Positions 43,902-54,149 are shown, counted from the stretch's first letter. The stretch: DNA of 64,000 nucleotides from an uncultured Solirubrobacterales bacterium (GCA_963850335.1 CAWKKY010000008.1:28077-92076); one strand, 5' to 3'. Numbers and translations are program-made. Notes: generated from the sequence alone by a model not told the origin.

Positions 43902-45575
43902 ATGTCCAACGGCGCCCAGGCACTCATCCGCACGCTCGTCGACTCCGGCGTCACCGCGTGCTTTACGAACCCCGGAACCTCGGAGATGCATTTTGTTGCG
44001 GCGCTCGACGCGGTCCCGGAGATGCGCGGCGTGCTGGCGCTGTTCGAGGGGGTGGCCACCGGAGCGGCAGACGGTTACGCGCGGATGAGCGACCGGCCCG
44101 CGGCCACGCTGTTGCACCTCGGACCTGGACTCGGCAATGGGTTGGCCAACCTTCATAACGCCCGGCGGGCGAAGGTGCCGGTCGTCAACGTCGTCGGCGA
44201 TCACGCGACCTACCACGCGCAATACGACGCGCAGCTGCAGTCGGATATCGCGACCGTGGCCCGCAACGTCTCGACGTGGGTGCGGACCTCGACGAGCCCG
44301 CAGACGGTGGCGACCGACGCGGCGGAGGCGGTGGCTGCCTCGCTCGGCCCGCCGGGGCAGGTGGCGACGCTCATTCTCCCGGCGGATGTGTCCTGGGGCG
44401 AGGGTGCCGCGCCCGCTCGGCCCGTGCCCCGCGCGACCCCGCCGCGACCATCGCCGGAAGCGGTGGAGGCGATCGCCCACGCCCTGCGGAGCGGCGGGCG
44501 CACCGCGCTCCTGCTCGGCGGACGTGTCCTGCGCGAACCGGGGTTGCTGGTGGCGGCGCAGATCGCCGCCCTCACCGGCGCGACGCTCCTCGCCGAGGTG
44601 TTTCCCACTCGGATCGAACGCGGCGCGGGGCTCCCGGCGGTCGAGCGGCTCGCCTACGTCCCCGAGCTGGCGATGGTGCAGCTCGCCGGCCTGAGACATC
44701 TCGTCCTCGTCGACACCAAGCCGCCGGTGTCATTCTTCGCCTACCCGGGCAAGGAGAGCTACCTCGTGCCTGATGGCTGCGAGGTTCATGAGCTCGCCGC
44801 GCCGGAAAGTGACGCGCTCGGCAGCCTCGAGGCCCTGCGCGACGCGCTCCGGGCCGGCCTGGGCGCCCAGACCTTGACCGGGGCGCCGACGCTTCAGGCG
44901 CCCGTCCCCGTGAAGGCACCCCACGGTGCGCTCACCGCCGAGAAGGTGTGCGCGGCCGTCGCCTCCGTGCTGCCCGAGGGCGCGATCGTCTCCGACGAGG
45001 CCCAAACGTCCGGTCTCACCTTCGCCGCGGCCACCGCGGGCGCGCCGAGGCACGATGTGCTCGCGCTCACCGGCGGCGCCATCGGGCAGGGACTGCCGGT
45101 CGCCGTCGGCGCCGCGATCGCCTGCCCCGACCGACCGGTGCTCGCGCTCGAGGCCGACGGGTCGGCGCTGTACACGATTCAGTCGCTGTGGACGATGGCC
45201 CGTGAGGGTCTCAACGTCACGGTGCTCGTGTTCAACAACCGCTCCTACGGGATCCTCAATGTCGAGCTCGCGCGCGTCGGCGCAAAGGCCGCCGGACCGA
45301 AGGCGAAGTCCCAGCTCGACCTCAGTCGCCCGGACGTCGACTTCGTCGAGCTCGCGCGTGGCCTCGGCGTGCCCGCGACCCGGGTCGACTCGGCGGAACA
45401 TCTGCTCAGCGAGCTGCGGCGGGCGCTCGTCGAGCCCGGGCCACACGTCGTCGAAGCGGTGATCCCCACCGTGTTCAGCGACCGCCAGCTGCGCGTGATG
45501 CCGCATGCGCTCCGCGCGCTCACCGCGCTGCCGAGGCCGCTGGCGGCGGCCGTCAAGCGTCGGCTGTACCCGTAG
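43902..45575 (+). CDS. TPP-dependent acetolactate-synthase-large-subunit-like enzyme
   Basis: NPGTSEMH, LFEGVATGAADGY, ADGSALY...NNRSYGIL (TPP motif). Confidence 0.9.
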   Translation: MSNGAQALIRTLVDSGVTACFTNPGTSEMHFVAALDAVPEMRGVLALFEGVATGAADGYARMSDRPAATLLHLGPGLGNGLANLHNARRAKVPVVNVVGDHATYHAQYDAQLQSDIATVARNVSTWVRTSTSPQTVATDAAEAVAASLGPPGQVATLILPADVSWGEGAAPARPVPRATPPRPSPEAVEAIAHALRSGGRTALLLGGRVLREPGLLVAAQIAALTGATLLAEVFPTRIERGAGLPAVERLAYVPELAMVQLAGLRHLVLVDTKPPVSFFAYPGKESYLVPDGCEVHELAAPESDALGSLEALRDALRAGLGAQTLTGAPTLQAPVPVKAPHGALTAEKVCAAVASVLPEGAIVSDEAQTSGLTFAAATAGAPRHDVLALTGGAIGQGLPVAVGAAIACPDRPVLALEADGSALYTIQSLWTMAREGLNVTVLVFNNRSYGILNVELARVGAKAAGPKAKSQLDLSRPDVDFVELARGLGVPATRVDSAEHLLSELRRALVEPGPHVVEAVIPTVFSDRQLRVMPHALRALTALPRPLAAAVKRRLYP

Positions 45576-45604
45576 CCGCCGGCCGGCCGGTAGCGTTCGC
45601 GAGC

Positions 45605-46090
45605 ATGAGCACGACTACTGACCCAATCGCCCGCTTGCGCGAGATGATCGGTGTCCAGCGCGGACCGGGCGAATGGCGCACGGTTTCGCAGGAGGACATC
45701 GACGCCTTCGCCGAGATCACGCACGATCACCAGTGGATCCACGTCGACGTCGAGCGCGCCAAGCGCGAGTCCCCGTTCGGCACCACGATCGCCCACGGGA
45801 ACCTGACGCTCAGCATCATTGACGGCCTCCGCGAGGAGATCTCCGCCCGCGACGCGTCCGACCTCGAGGGGATCGCACTCGGCGTCAACATGGGCTGGAA
45901 CCGGGTTCGCTTCCCGGCGCCGGTTCCGGCGGACAGCCGCGTCCGCATCACGGGCGAGCTCGTCTCCGTCGAGGAGAAGGGCAACGGCTGGTGGGAGATC
46001 GTCGACAAGTTCACCGTCGAGATCGACGGCGGCGCGAAGCCGGCGTGTGTGGCCGAGAGCGTCGGGCGCGTCCTTCTGCGCACCGACTGA
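45605..46090 (+). CDS. MaoC family dehydratase
   Basis: FAEITHDHQWIHVD, TIAHG, VRFPAPVP. Confidence 0.93.
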   Translation: MSTTTDPIARLREMIGVQRGPGEWRTVSQEDIDAFAEITHDHQWIHVDVERAKRESPFGTTIAHGNLTLSIIDGLREEISARDASDLEGIALGVNMGWNRVRFPAPVPADSRVRITGELVSVEEKGNGWWEIVDKFTVEIDGGAKPACVAESVGRVLLRTD

Positions 46091-46175
46091 CCTCAGTCTC
46101 AGACTGCCAGCCGGCCGAGAGCGCCACAGCGTGGGAGCGCAATCGCCGCAACGGCTCCGGCCGGCTGACGCTTGA

Positions 46176-46421
46176 TCACAGTGAGCCGTTTGGGTCGTCC
46201 GCGCATCGCCGCGGCCAACCATCCCCATCACGGTAGGTCGCGCACACGCGCGCGTAATCGGCGAACTTCCCTCGTCGTCGGTCCGTAGTTCCGCCGGTTG
46301 CGTGCGCGACACTGGCGCTGCGTAGTGCTCCGCATCGTCGGCAGCAGTTTCTCGCGTCGGGATCAGGGGCCACCCACAGGGCGTCGCAGCAGAACCACTG
46401 AACCCACCCGTTCGTCCTCAA
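46176..46421 (-). CDS. Possible small Cys-rich (zinc-binding?) protein
   Basis: TTG start. WFCCDALW...NCCRRCGAL plus two more Cys. Weak support only. Confidence 0.25.
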   Translation of the reverse strand: MRTNGWVQWFCCDALWVAPDPDARNCCRRCGALRSASVAHATGGTTDRRRGKFADYARVCATYRDGDGWPRRCADDPNGSL

Positions 46422-46458
46422 GCCGCCGCGCGGCGGATCCGATTACGGCGAACAAGCA

Positions 46459-47115
46459 ATGGACGCTCGTGCCGGGCGTCACCAATACGTCCGGCGCAGT
46501 TCCGAGCAGGCTGCCGAGGCGATCCGCAGTCTCGCCGCGACCTCCGACCAGATCGGCGCCATCGTCGGCGCGATCACCGGAATCGCGCAGCAGACAAACC
46601 TGCTCGCACTCAACGCCGCGATCGAGGCGGCCCGCGCCGGCGAGGAGGGACGCGGATTCGCCGTCGTCGCCGAAGAGGTGCGCGAGCTCGCCGAGTCAAG
46701 CGCTGAGGCCACCCGCCAGATCACGGAGCTCATTGCCAAGGTTCAGGGTGAGACTCAACGTGCGGTATCTGTCGTCGAGGAGGCGGCGCGCGGGACCGAG
46801 GGTGGCGTGGCGACGGTTGAGCAGGTCCGTGCGGCATTCGAGGCGATCCGCAGCGAGGTCCAGGAGATGGGCGACCGGGTCACGTCGATCGCGACGGCCG
46901 CGGAGACCGCCGCCGGCCACGCGGGCGCGATGCAGGACGACGTCAGTGAGGTCGCAACGGTCGCCGAGGCGGCAGCAGCCTCAACGCAGCAGGTGTCCGC
47001 ATCCGTGCAGCAGACGGCGGCCACCTCCGAGGAGAACGCCGCGTCGGCGGAGGAGTTGGCACGGACGGCCGACCACCTCGAGGAAGCGGTCAACGCATTT
47101 ATGTTGTCCGAATAA
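46459..47115 (+). pseudogene. Methyl-accepting chemotaxis protein, signalling domain only (N-terminally truncated or soluble)
   Basis: [38 protein letters not shown]. In-frame TGA at 46399 excludes an upstream sensor or HAMP domain. Confidence 0.75.
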
Positions 47116-47167
47116 TTACCGTTGAAGTACGCTTCAGCACAGCCTCGACTGGCCGAAGTTCTTATAT

Positions 47168-49543
47168 ATGGGACCTGCCCGGCGCATACGGGGCCACGCG
47201 GCTGCCCTGCCTTGGCGCCAACTGCTCACCATCGCCGCCGGGATCGTGGTCATCGCTGCCATGGTCACCATCGCCGAGACCGCCCGGCGCGATGAGGAAC
47301 GCCATCAGCGCATCCAGGTGCTTGTCCAGCAGGTGCAGGCGACGAGCAGCGCCCTCGGCGAGTTCGCCTGGGAGGCGGTCGCCGAATCGAACGTCGGTGG
47401 CCGCGAGAACAAGCTCAACCCCGGCACCGTGCTCAACCAGGGCCTGCGGATCTGGAGCTCCCTCAGTTCGTCGATCACCGCCCTGCGTGCGGCAGACCAG
47501 AGTCCGCTGACTCGGGCCCTGCTTGGTGACGCCAACCGGCTGTACTCGGCCGGCCTGGCGATGCTGCCGGTGCTCAATCACAGCCCGAACCCCAGGAACG
47601 GCTTTGGGAAGGCCCGGGTCGTGTTCACCCCGACGCTCGACGCGCTCGACCGCGACTCCGCTCGCGCGTCCGCGGCTCAGCAGGGCGTGGCGCGTTCCGC
47701 GGCCTCCCGCGCCGGCGTCGCGTACTTCGCGTCGCTGATCGTCGGACTCGTCCTGCTCGTCCTGCTCGGCCTCCAGCTGTATCGGATCACCCGTCGCGCG
47801 ATCATTACCGAGGAGCGGCGATCACTGGAGCGGCGTACCGAGGAGCGGGTGCGGGCGCTCGTCGAGAATTCGAGCGATGTGATCACCGTCGTCGCGCCGG
47901 ACCTCACGGTCCGCTGGCAATCGCCGTCGGTGGCCCGAACCCTTGGGCTGACCGTGGAGGACGTCATCGGGCGTCGGGTCACGAGCCTCGTGCATCCGGA
48001 CGACGCCCCCGGCCTGGCGAAGCAACTTGCGGCGGTGACGAACACTGGGGCCTTGGTCACCGAGACGGTGCGCTTCCGACACGCGGACGGTGGCTGGCGC
48101 CACCTCGAGGTCGTCGCCGAGAGCCGGCTGAGCGATCCCGCGATCGAGGGCGTCGTGCTCAGCATGCGTGACATCAGCGAGCGCAAGGGCCTCGAGGATG
48201 AGCTGCGCCGGCGCGCGTTCCACGATTCGCTGACGGGCCTCGCCAACCGCGCGCTGTTCGAGGACCGGCTCGCGCACGCCCTGGCTCGGGCGCGGCGCCA
48301 GGAGCACCCGGTCGCGGTCCTGTTCCTCGACCTCGATGACTTCAAGACGATCAACGACAGTCTCGGCCACTCAAGCGGCGACGAGCTGCTGCGGGCCGCG
48401 GCGACGCGGATCGCCGATGTGGCCCGGATCACGGATACCGCGGCGCGCCTGGGTGGCGACGAGTTCGCGGTGCTCCTCGAGCTGATCGACGGCGACGGGG
48501 ACGCCGAACTCGTCGCGCGCCGTCTGCTGGAAGAGCTCGCCCCGCCGATCACGGTTGGCGACCGCGAACTGCGCGTGGGTGCCTCGATCGGCGTCGCCGT
48601 CAGCGACGGCGGACTGACCGTCGACGAGCTCCTTCGCAACGCCGACACCGCGATGTACGTCGCCAAAGAGGCGGGCAAGGGCACGGTCCGCGTGTTTGAG
48701 GCCGGGATGCACAAACGTGTGCTCGACCGGCTCGAGCTGAGCGGCGAGCTCCAGCGGGCGATCGAGACCGGCGAAATGGAGCTCGACTACCAGCCGATCG
48801 TCGAGCTCGAGCACGGCCGGATGGTCGGCTGCGAGGCGCTCGTCCGCTGGGCGCACCCGGTGCGGGGGCGTCTGTCTCCAGCGGAGTTCATCGATCTCGC
48901 CGAGGACACGGGTCTGATCGTTCCGCTCGGCGCCTGGGTCCTTGATTCCGCCTGCGCCCAGGCGGCGGCGTGGGAGCGCCAGTTTGCGGACTTCGATCTC
49001 ACGGTCAGCGTCAACGTCTCCACTCGTCAGCTCCGCGATCCCTCGTTCCCGGGAGCAGTCGCCCGCGCGGTTGAAGAGCATTCGCTCGAGCCGGGTCTGC
49101 TGACGCTCGAGATCACCGAGAGCCTGCTGCCGGACGACAGCGACCGGATCATCGCGCTGCTCAACAACCTCAAGAACGTCGGCGTGCGCGTCGCGGTTGA
49201 TGACTTTGGAACCGGTTACTCGGCGCTGTCACGTCTCCAGGCCTACCCGGTGGACGTCCTCAAGATCGACCGCTCGTTCGTGACCGGCATGGAGCACGAC
49301 GCCGGCAAGGCGCAGCTCGTGCGTGGCATCGTCAACCTCGCTGACAGTCTGCACCTGAGCATCGTCGCGGAGGGAATCGAGCGCTACGGTCAGCTTGAGC
49401 GGCTGCGGCGCATGCATTCTCCGCTCGGACAGGGTTACCTGTTCTCCCCGCCGGTCAGTCCGAGCACGATCGAGGGGCTGCTCCGCAGCGGACGGCCGTT
49501 GATCGAGGATGCCCCGCCGCTGACTCGCGCCGCCGCCGGGTAG
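47168..49543 (+). CDS. Membrane PAS-GGDEF-EAL c-di-GMP enzyme
   Basis: Two TM helices around a helical extracellular region, PAS domain, RLGGDEF, CEALVRW, DDFGTGYS. Confidence 0.95.
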   Translation: MGPARRIRGHAAALPWRQLLTIAAGIVVIAAMVTIAETARRDEERHQRIQVLVQQVQATSSALGEFAWEAVAESNVGGRENKLNPGTVLNQGLRIWSSLSSSITALRAADQSPLTRALLGDANRLYSAGLAMLPVLNHSPNPRNGFGKARVVFTPTLDALDRDSARASAAQQGVARSAASRAGVAYFASLIVGLVLLVLLGLQLYRITRRAIITEERRSLERRTEERVRALVENSSDVITVVAPDLTVRWQSPSVARTLGLTVEDVIGRRVTSLVHPDDAPGLAKQLAAVTNTGALVTETVRFRHADGGWRHLEVVAESRLSDPAIEGVVLSMRDISERKGLEDELRRRAFHDSLTGLANRALFEDRLAHALARARRQEHPVAVLFLDLDDFKTINDSLGHSSGDELLRAAATRIADVARITDTAARLGGDEFAVLLELIDGDGDAELVARRLLEELAPPITVGDRELRVGASIGVAVSDGGLTVDELLRNADTAMYVAKEAGKGTVRVFEAGMHKRVLDRLELSGELQRAIETGEMELDYQPIVELEHGRMVGCEALVRWAHPVRGRLSPAEFIDLAEDTGLIVPLGAWVLDSACAQAAAWERQFADFDLTVSVNVSTRQLRDPSFPGAVARAVEEHSLEPGLLTLEITESLLPDDSDRIIALLNNLKNVGVRVAVDDFGTGYSALSRLQAYPVDVLKIDRSFVTGMEHDAGKAQLVRGIVNLADSLHLSIVAEGIERYGQLERLRRMHSPLGQGYLFSPPVSPSTIEGLLRSGRPLIEDAPPLTRAAAG

Positions 49544-49638
49544 GAGGCCGTCAAAGCGGCGTCGCCTCGGGGTTCACGAGAAGCAGCTGCTCGCCAAATG
49601 ACGGCATCTACACCGTGTGCGGCTCGACCACACCTCCG

Positions 49639-50151
49639 TTAGACGTGCTGCACCGTCGCCCACGTCGCAGCCGCGATTCCGGCGGCGAGGGCTGCGTCTG
49701 CGCGTGCGTCGTACGGGTACGTCGCGACGTGCATGGCGATCGTCCGCTCGGTCCCCCACGCGATCCAGGTCGCGGTCGTACTCGCGCGGTCGCGCTCCGC
49801 CTCTCCGCCGGCCTGGCCGCGCGCCGCCTGCTCGCGGTACTCCTCGATCAGCTCGGCGACCGTCGGCTCGAGGCTCTCCCGCGTGCTGCCCGGGTCACGC
49901 ACCCAGTCTGCCGCGACCGTGAACAGGCGCAGCGTCGCGGACTCGGTGAGGCGAATGAGGAGCGACGCCTTGTCGCGGAAGTGACCGTAGAACGTCGTGC
50001 GGGCCATGCCGGCCTCGGCGGCGATCCGCTGTACGCCCAGCGAGGTGAACGACTCGCCGCCGGCGAGCAGGTGCTCGACCGCCTCGAGCACCTGTTGCTC
50101 GACGATTGCCCGGTGGCTGTCGTCTCTAGCCGGGCGGGTGACGGACGGCAT
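49639..50151 (-). CDS. TetR family regulator (short; possible in-frame deletion)
   Basis: VQRIAAEAGMARTTFYGHFRDK HTH. 170 aa. Confidence 0.85.
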   Translation of the reverse strand: MPSVTRPARDDSHRAIVEQQVLEAVEHLLAGGESFTSLGVQRIAAEAGMARTTFYGHFRDKASLLIRLTESATLRLFTVAADWVRDPGSTRESLEPTVAELIEEYREQAARGQAGGEAERDRASTTATWIAWGTERTIAMHVATYPYDARADAALAAGIAAATWATVQHV

Positions 50152-52140
50152 TCACGATCGCTGGTTGCGGTTCCATTCGATCCAGCCGAGGCCGGCGCGG
50201 CCGTCGGCGGTCGCCACCCGGCACATCGCGCGGGGGAAGTGCGAGACGCGACCGTCGGGCGCCTCGAGTCGGAGCGCGCCGAAGGCCAGCGGCTCGATCG
50301 TGAGGGCGAGCTCGGGCTCTGGCTGCGTGACGGTGACCGTGGCGGACGAGATCAGCCCGTTGTCCTCCACCGTCTCGGTGTTCGACGCCCCGGCGATCTC
50401 GGTCACCTCGCCGTCGCGCTGGACATAGCCGACGCCGAAGCCCTCGAGCTCGGGGATCGTGACGACGTGAACGTGGGTGCCATCGTCGAGGTGCAACCCA
50501 TTCCACATCCAGTCGTTCGCCCACCAGTCGCGGTTGCCCCACGAGTGATCGCGTTGACCCGGCCCGGACAGGGTGTGCTCCTCGTCCTCGATGCGCACGG
50601 TGCCCGTCACCCGGCAGGGGATCTCGTAGCGCGTCGCGACGCGCCACTGATACGGCGTGCCGGTCGTCTCCCACTCGAGATCGAGACTGACGTCGACCGG
50701 CGTCCCGGACTCGCCCCGCAGCGGTGCCGAGTGATCGTCGAACGACTGGCCGCTCGCCCGCAGTGTGATCCCGAAGTGCGCGAGCGGCTCGCGGCACTCC
50801 TGCGCGGCGTGAATCGACTCGTGGTCGATCGCCTGGGCGGGATCGCCGGCCTCAGGGAGGGGAGCCTGAGCATCGACGACGAGAATCGCCGGGCGCCCCG
50901 GGGCGACGATCGCCGCCGAGTACAGCGCGTGGTTCTGGTTGGGGATCCGCCCGACCCGCACGTAGACGCCGAGCGTGGCGTCGTCGGACACGGCGTCGAA
51001 GTACCAGCTCTCGTTCCAGGTCAGCTCGGGCCCAGGATCGTGGCTGCCCTCATCGGCCGGGGAGGGAACCAGCGCCGGCGGCTTGACGCCGGGCTCGGGC
51101 AGTAGCGACAGCGCGTCGAGGTCGAGCACCTGCTGGGCGGCGCGCTCGAGTTGAGTCATGAACATGTCGTCCCCGCGATCGGTGCGCACGACGACCATCG
51201 ACGCGGCGATCGCCATCAAGAGACTGTGGAACGTCTGGCGTCGGTACTCCTCCCAACACGTCTCCCACGACAGGCCGGCAGCGCCGTGGGCCAGAAGCTC
51301 GTCGTGGTAGAGACGCACGAGCTCCTGCTCGTGGGCCCGCCGATCCTCGACTGCCAGGCCGCCACCGATGAAGTACGAGACGTCGAGCATCGCGGGGCCC
51401 CAGGACACGGTCTGCCAGTCGACGACGCGACAGCTTGCGTCATCGAACAGAAGGTTGTCGAGCCGGTAGTCGCCGTGGACGAGTCCAAGCGGGGCCCGCC
51501 GGTCCTCCGTCCAGGCGTCGACGGCCGCGACGAAGCGCTTGCAGACCTCCGCATGTTCCGGAGCGATCCGATTCTCATAGCGCTCGAGGAACCCCGGCAG
51601 CAGCATCTCGAGCAGCGCCTGGTTGAGCGGCGAGGGCTGGTTGAGCCACGGGGCGGCGCCGAGGTGCGGGTCGCCGAGCACCGGGGCGTGGGCCCGGGCC
51701 AGGGCGCGCAGGGCGACGCGCGCCTCATCCACTCCGCAGCCGGCGATCTGATCGCCCTGCCGCGCGCCGACGATGTCCTCGAGCACGAGCGTGAACCAGC
51801 CGTCACCGTCGATCGCCGCGTACCAGCATTTCGGCAAGACCTGCTCGATCCGGGCGGAGAGCTCCTGATAGAACGAGATCTCCCGCGCATACGCGCCCAT
51901 GCCCTGTCCGGTCGCCCGGCTCATGGGATCCTCGGAGGCGAGCTTGACGACGACGGTGTCCTCACCGTCGAGGGTGACCCGATAGCACTGACTCATCTGA
52001 CCGGTACCGATCTCCGCAACGCTCGTGATCGCGAGCCCGGGCCGCACCAGGACCGCGGACAACCACGCCTCGGTGATCTCGTCCTTCGTGCGGATCGGCG
52101 CCGGCGCGGCCACCTCGCCGTGGGCGGTCGACGGCGTCAT
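50152..52140 (-). CDS. Fusion: APH/EcKL-like phosphotransferase plus C-terminal beta-barrel (lipocalin/CrtC-like) domain
   Basis: IGTGQMS, VHGDYRLDNLLF, VDWQT, then WNESWYFD...GQRDHSWGNRDW...GLGWIEW. Confidence 0.8.
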   Translation of the reverse strand: MTPSTAHGEVAAPAPIRTKDEITEAWLSAVLVRPGLAITSVAEIGTGQMSQCYRVTLDGEDTVVVKLASEDPMSRATGQGMGAYAREISFYQELSARIEQVLPKCWYAAIDGDGWFTLVLEDIVGARQGDQIAGCGVDEARVALRALARAHAPVLGDPHLGAAPWLNQPSPLNQALLEMLLPGFLERYENRIAPEHAEVCKRFVAAVDAWTEDRRAPLGLVHGDYRLDNLLFDDASCRVVDWQTVSWGPAMLDVSYFIGGGLAVEDRRAHEQELVRLYHDELLAHGAAGLSWETCWEEYRRQTFHSLLMAIAASMVVVRTDRGDDMFMTQLERAAQQVLDLDALSLLPEPGVKPPALVPSPADEGSHDPGPELTWNESWYFDAVSDDATLGVYVRVGRIPNQNHALYSAAIVAPGRPAILVVDAQAPLPEAGDPAQAIDHESIHAAQECREPLAHFGITLRASGQSFDDHSAPLRGESGTPVDVSLDLEWETTGTPYQWRVATRYEIPCRVTGTVRIEDEEHTLSGPGQRDHSWGNRDWWANDWMWNGLHLDDGTHVHVVTIPELEGFGVGYVQRDGEVTEIAGASNTETVEDNGLISSATVTVTQPEPELALTIEPLAFGALRLEAPDGRVSHFPRAMCRVATADGRAGLGWIEWNRNQRS

Positions 52141-52221
52141 GCTCCCTCCTTGTGGGCCGGGTCAAAGTCGGCACTATGCCCGACACCCTGGCGATGTCAA
52201 GCATGCGATCCTGTGGGGGCA

Positions 52222-53061
52222 ATGGAGCTCGGCCGCTTCGGCATCTGGACCGCGTACCGCGCGATCGGCGAGGAGAACGCCGGTGCGGCCGCCCGCCTGG
52301 TCGAAGAACTCGGGTTCGGAACGCTCTGGCTCGGCGGCTCGCCGCAGGTGCCGGCCCTTCGGCCATTGCTGGCGGCGAGCGAGCGGCTCGTGGTCGCCAC
52401 CGGGATCCTCAACGTGTGGGCGAGCGACCCGACCCAGGTGGCGGAGGACTTCGCCGCGCTCGACGCCGAGTTCCCGGGCCGGGTTCTGCTCGGGATCGGG
52501 ATCGGCCACCCGGAGGCACAAGGCGAGTACACCAAGCCGCTGGCGGCCACGCGCGCATTCCTCGATGCCCTTGACGGCGCTCCCACGCCGGTCGGGCGAG
52601 ACCGGCGCTGCCTCGCCGCGCTCGCGCCGAAGATGCTTGCGCTGTGCGCCGAGCGCTCCCTCGGCTCACACACGTACTTCGTCACCGTCGAGCACACGCG
52701 GTCGGCTCGCGCGGTGCTCGGCCCGACCGCGCTGCTCGCCCCGGAGCTCGCGTGCGTGCTCGACGAGGATGAGGCGAGCGCACGGGCGACCGCTCGGCGG
52801 TACGCAAAGCTCTACCTCGGGCTCAGCAACTACACGAATGCCTTGCTCCGATCGGGCTGGACCGAAGACGACCTCGTCGACGGCGGATCGGACCGGCTGC
52901 TCGACGCGGTGGTGCCGCACGGCGACGCCCGGGCGATCGCCGCCGCGGCATCCGAGCACGTGGCTGCCGGCGCGAATCACGTGTGCCTGCAGACGGTCGG
53001 GGTCTCCGGAGTGCCGCGCGCGGAGTGGACCGCGCTGGCGGGCGCGCTCGAGCTCGCGTAG
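52222..53061 (+). CDS. LLM-class F420-dependent oxidoreductase (MSMEG_4141-like)
   Basis: ATG 52222. VEELGFGTLW, VATGILNVW, LGIGIGH, AALAPKML, GANHVC. Confidence 0.88.
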   Translation: MELGRFGIWTAYRAIGEENAGAAARLVEELGFGTLWLGGSPQVPALRPLLAASERLVVATGILNVWASDPTQVAEDFAALDAEFPGRVLLGIGIGHPEAQGEYTKPLAATRAFLDALDGAPTPVGRDRRCLAALAPKMLALCAERSLGSHTYFVTVEHTRSARAVLGPTALLAPELACVLDEDEASARATARRYAKLYLGLSNYTNALLRSGWTEDDLVDGGSDRLLDAVVPHGDARAIAAAASEHVAAGANHVCLQTVGVSGVPRAEWTALAGALELA

Positions 53062-53130
53062 TTATCGACGGTGGCGCGTCCCCTAATCGGTGAGGGGAAC
53101 CGGGGTTGCGGCCCGCGGGAGAATCAGGTC

Positions 53131-53508
53131 ATGATCACGGTCACCAGCGCACACGATTTTTCCACCACACTGACGCGGCTGCAGGACGCCCTGGCTCGCC
53201 GCGGGCTGACGGTCTTCGCCGAGTTCGATCACGCGGCGGCGGCCCGCACGGCCGGCCTGGAGTTGCCCGACGAGACGGTTGTCGTCTTTGGCAACCCGCG
53301 AGCAGGGACCCCGCTCATGCAGGACGATGCGCGTGTCGGCATCGAACTGCCGCTGCGCATGCTCGTGTGGGATGGTGGCGACGGGACCCGGCTCGGGTAT
53401 GGCGACCCGCGCGCGCTCGTGAGCAGTTATGACGTCGGTGGGCACACCGAGACGCTCGACGCGATGGCGTCGCTGCTTGAAGGGCTCGCCGCCGACGCCG
53501 CCGGTTAG
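53131..53508 (+). CDS. DUF302 domain protein
   Basis: VFAEFDHAAAA, VFGNPRAGTPLMQ, IELPLRMLVW. Confidence 0.9.
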   Translation: MITVTSAHDFSTTLTRLQDALARRGLTVFAEFDHAAAARTAGLELPDETVVVFGNPRAGTPLMQDDARVGIELPLRMLVWDGGDGTRLGYGDPRALVSSYDVGGHTETLDAMASLLEGLAADAAG

Positions 53509-53555
53509 GTCGCGGGCTCCAATCCGCGTACGCGGGCCGCGTCAGCGCGGGGTAG

Positions 53556-54149
53556 TCAGCCCGCGGATTGGTCCTGCGCAGACCCCGCGCCGGAGCCGGG
53601 ACTGACCGCTCGGCCGAGACTGCGTAACGCCCATCCCGCGGCAACGAGCATGAATCCACGGATGATGAACGCGATCCCGATCAGCAGGGCGAGGGTGGTG
53701 ATCCCGATGCCGGGACTCGAAACGATCACGATCCCGGCAAGCATCTCGAGCGCCGCCAGCGCGAACGATGGTCCGCGAGCGCCGCGCTGACTGAACGTCC
53801 GAATCAGGCGCAACAGCCCGGCGACGAGCAGCCACAGACCGACGAGCAGCGCAATCGCCGTGAGCGCATGGGTCGGGTGGCGAATGAGGATCACCCCGGC
53901 GATCGCGGTGATGACGCCGAAGATCGCGATCAACGCCCGGTTCTCCTCGGCGTCGACGAGCGCCGAGGTGACCTCGACGATCCCGTCGATGAGGAAGAAG
54001 ATCCCGGTCAGCACGGCGAGCGTGGCGAGACTGATCGACGGAACCGCGAGCACGACGATGCCGGCGATGACCCCCAGCAGCCCGAGCAGCGCGAGCACCC
54101 ACCACGCCCGCGCCACCTCTGCGAACTCCGTCGCCGCAGCCTCGTTCAT
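53556..54149 (-). CDS. HdeD/DUF308 family membrane protein
   Basis: ATG 54149. WWVLALLGLLGVIAG and six hydrophobic helices. Confidence 0.85.
   Translation of the reverse strand: MNEAAATEFAEVARAWWVLALLGLLGVIAGIVVLAVPSISLATLAVLTGIFFLIDGIVEVTSALVDAEENRALIAIFGVITAIAGVILIRHPTHALTAIALLVGLWLLVAGLLRLIRTFSQRGARGPSFALAALEMLAGIVIVSSPGIGITTLALLIGIAFIIRGFMLVAAGWALRSLGRAVSPGSGAGSAQDQSAG

Noticed and set aside
53519-53571. 10-bp inverted repeat CCAATCCGCG...CGCGGATTGG as a MITE
   Set aside because: One arm lies inside the hdeD coding end, there is no target-site duplication and no second copy. At most it is a terminator-like fold between convergent genes.
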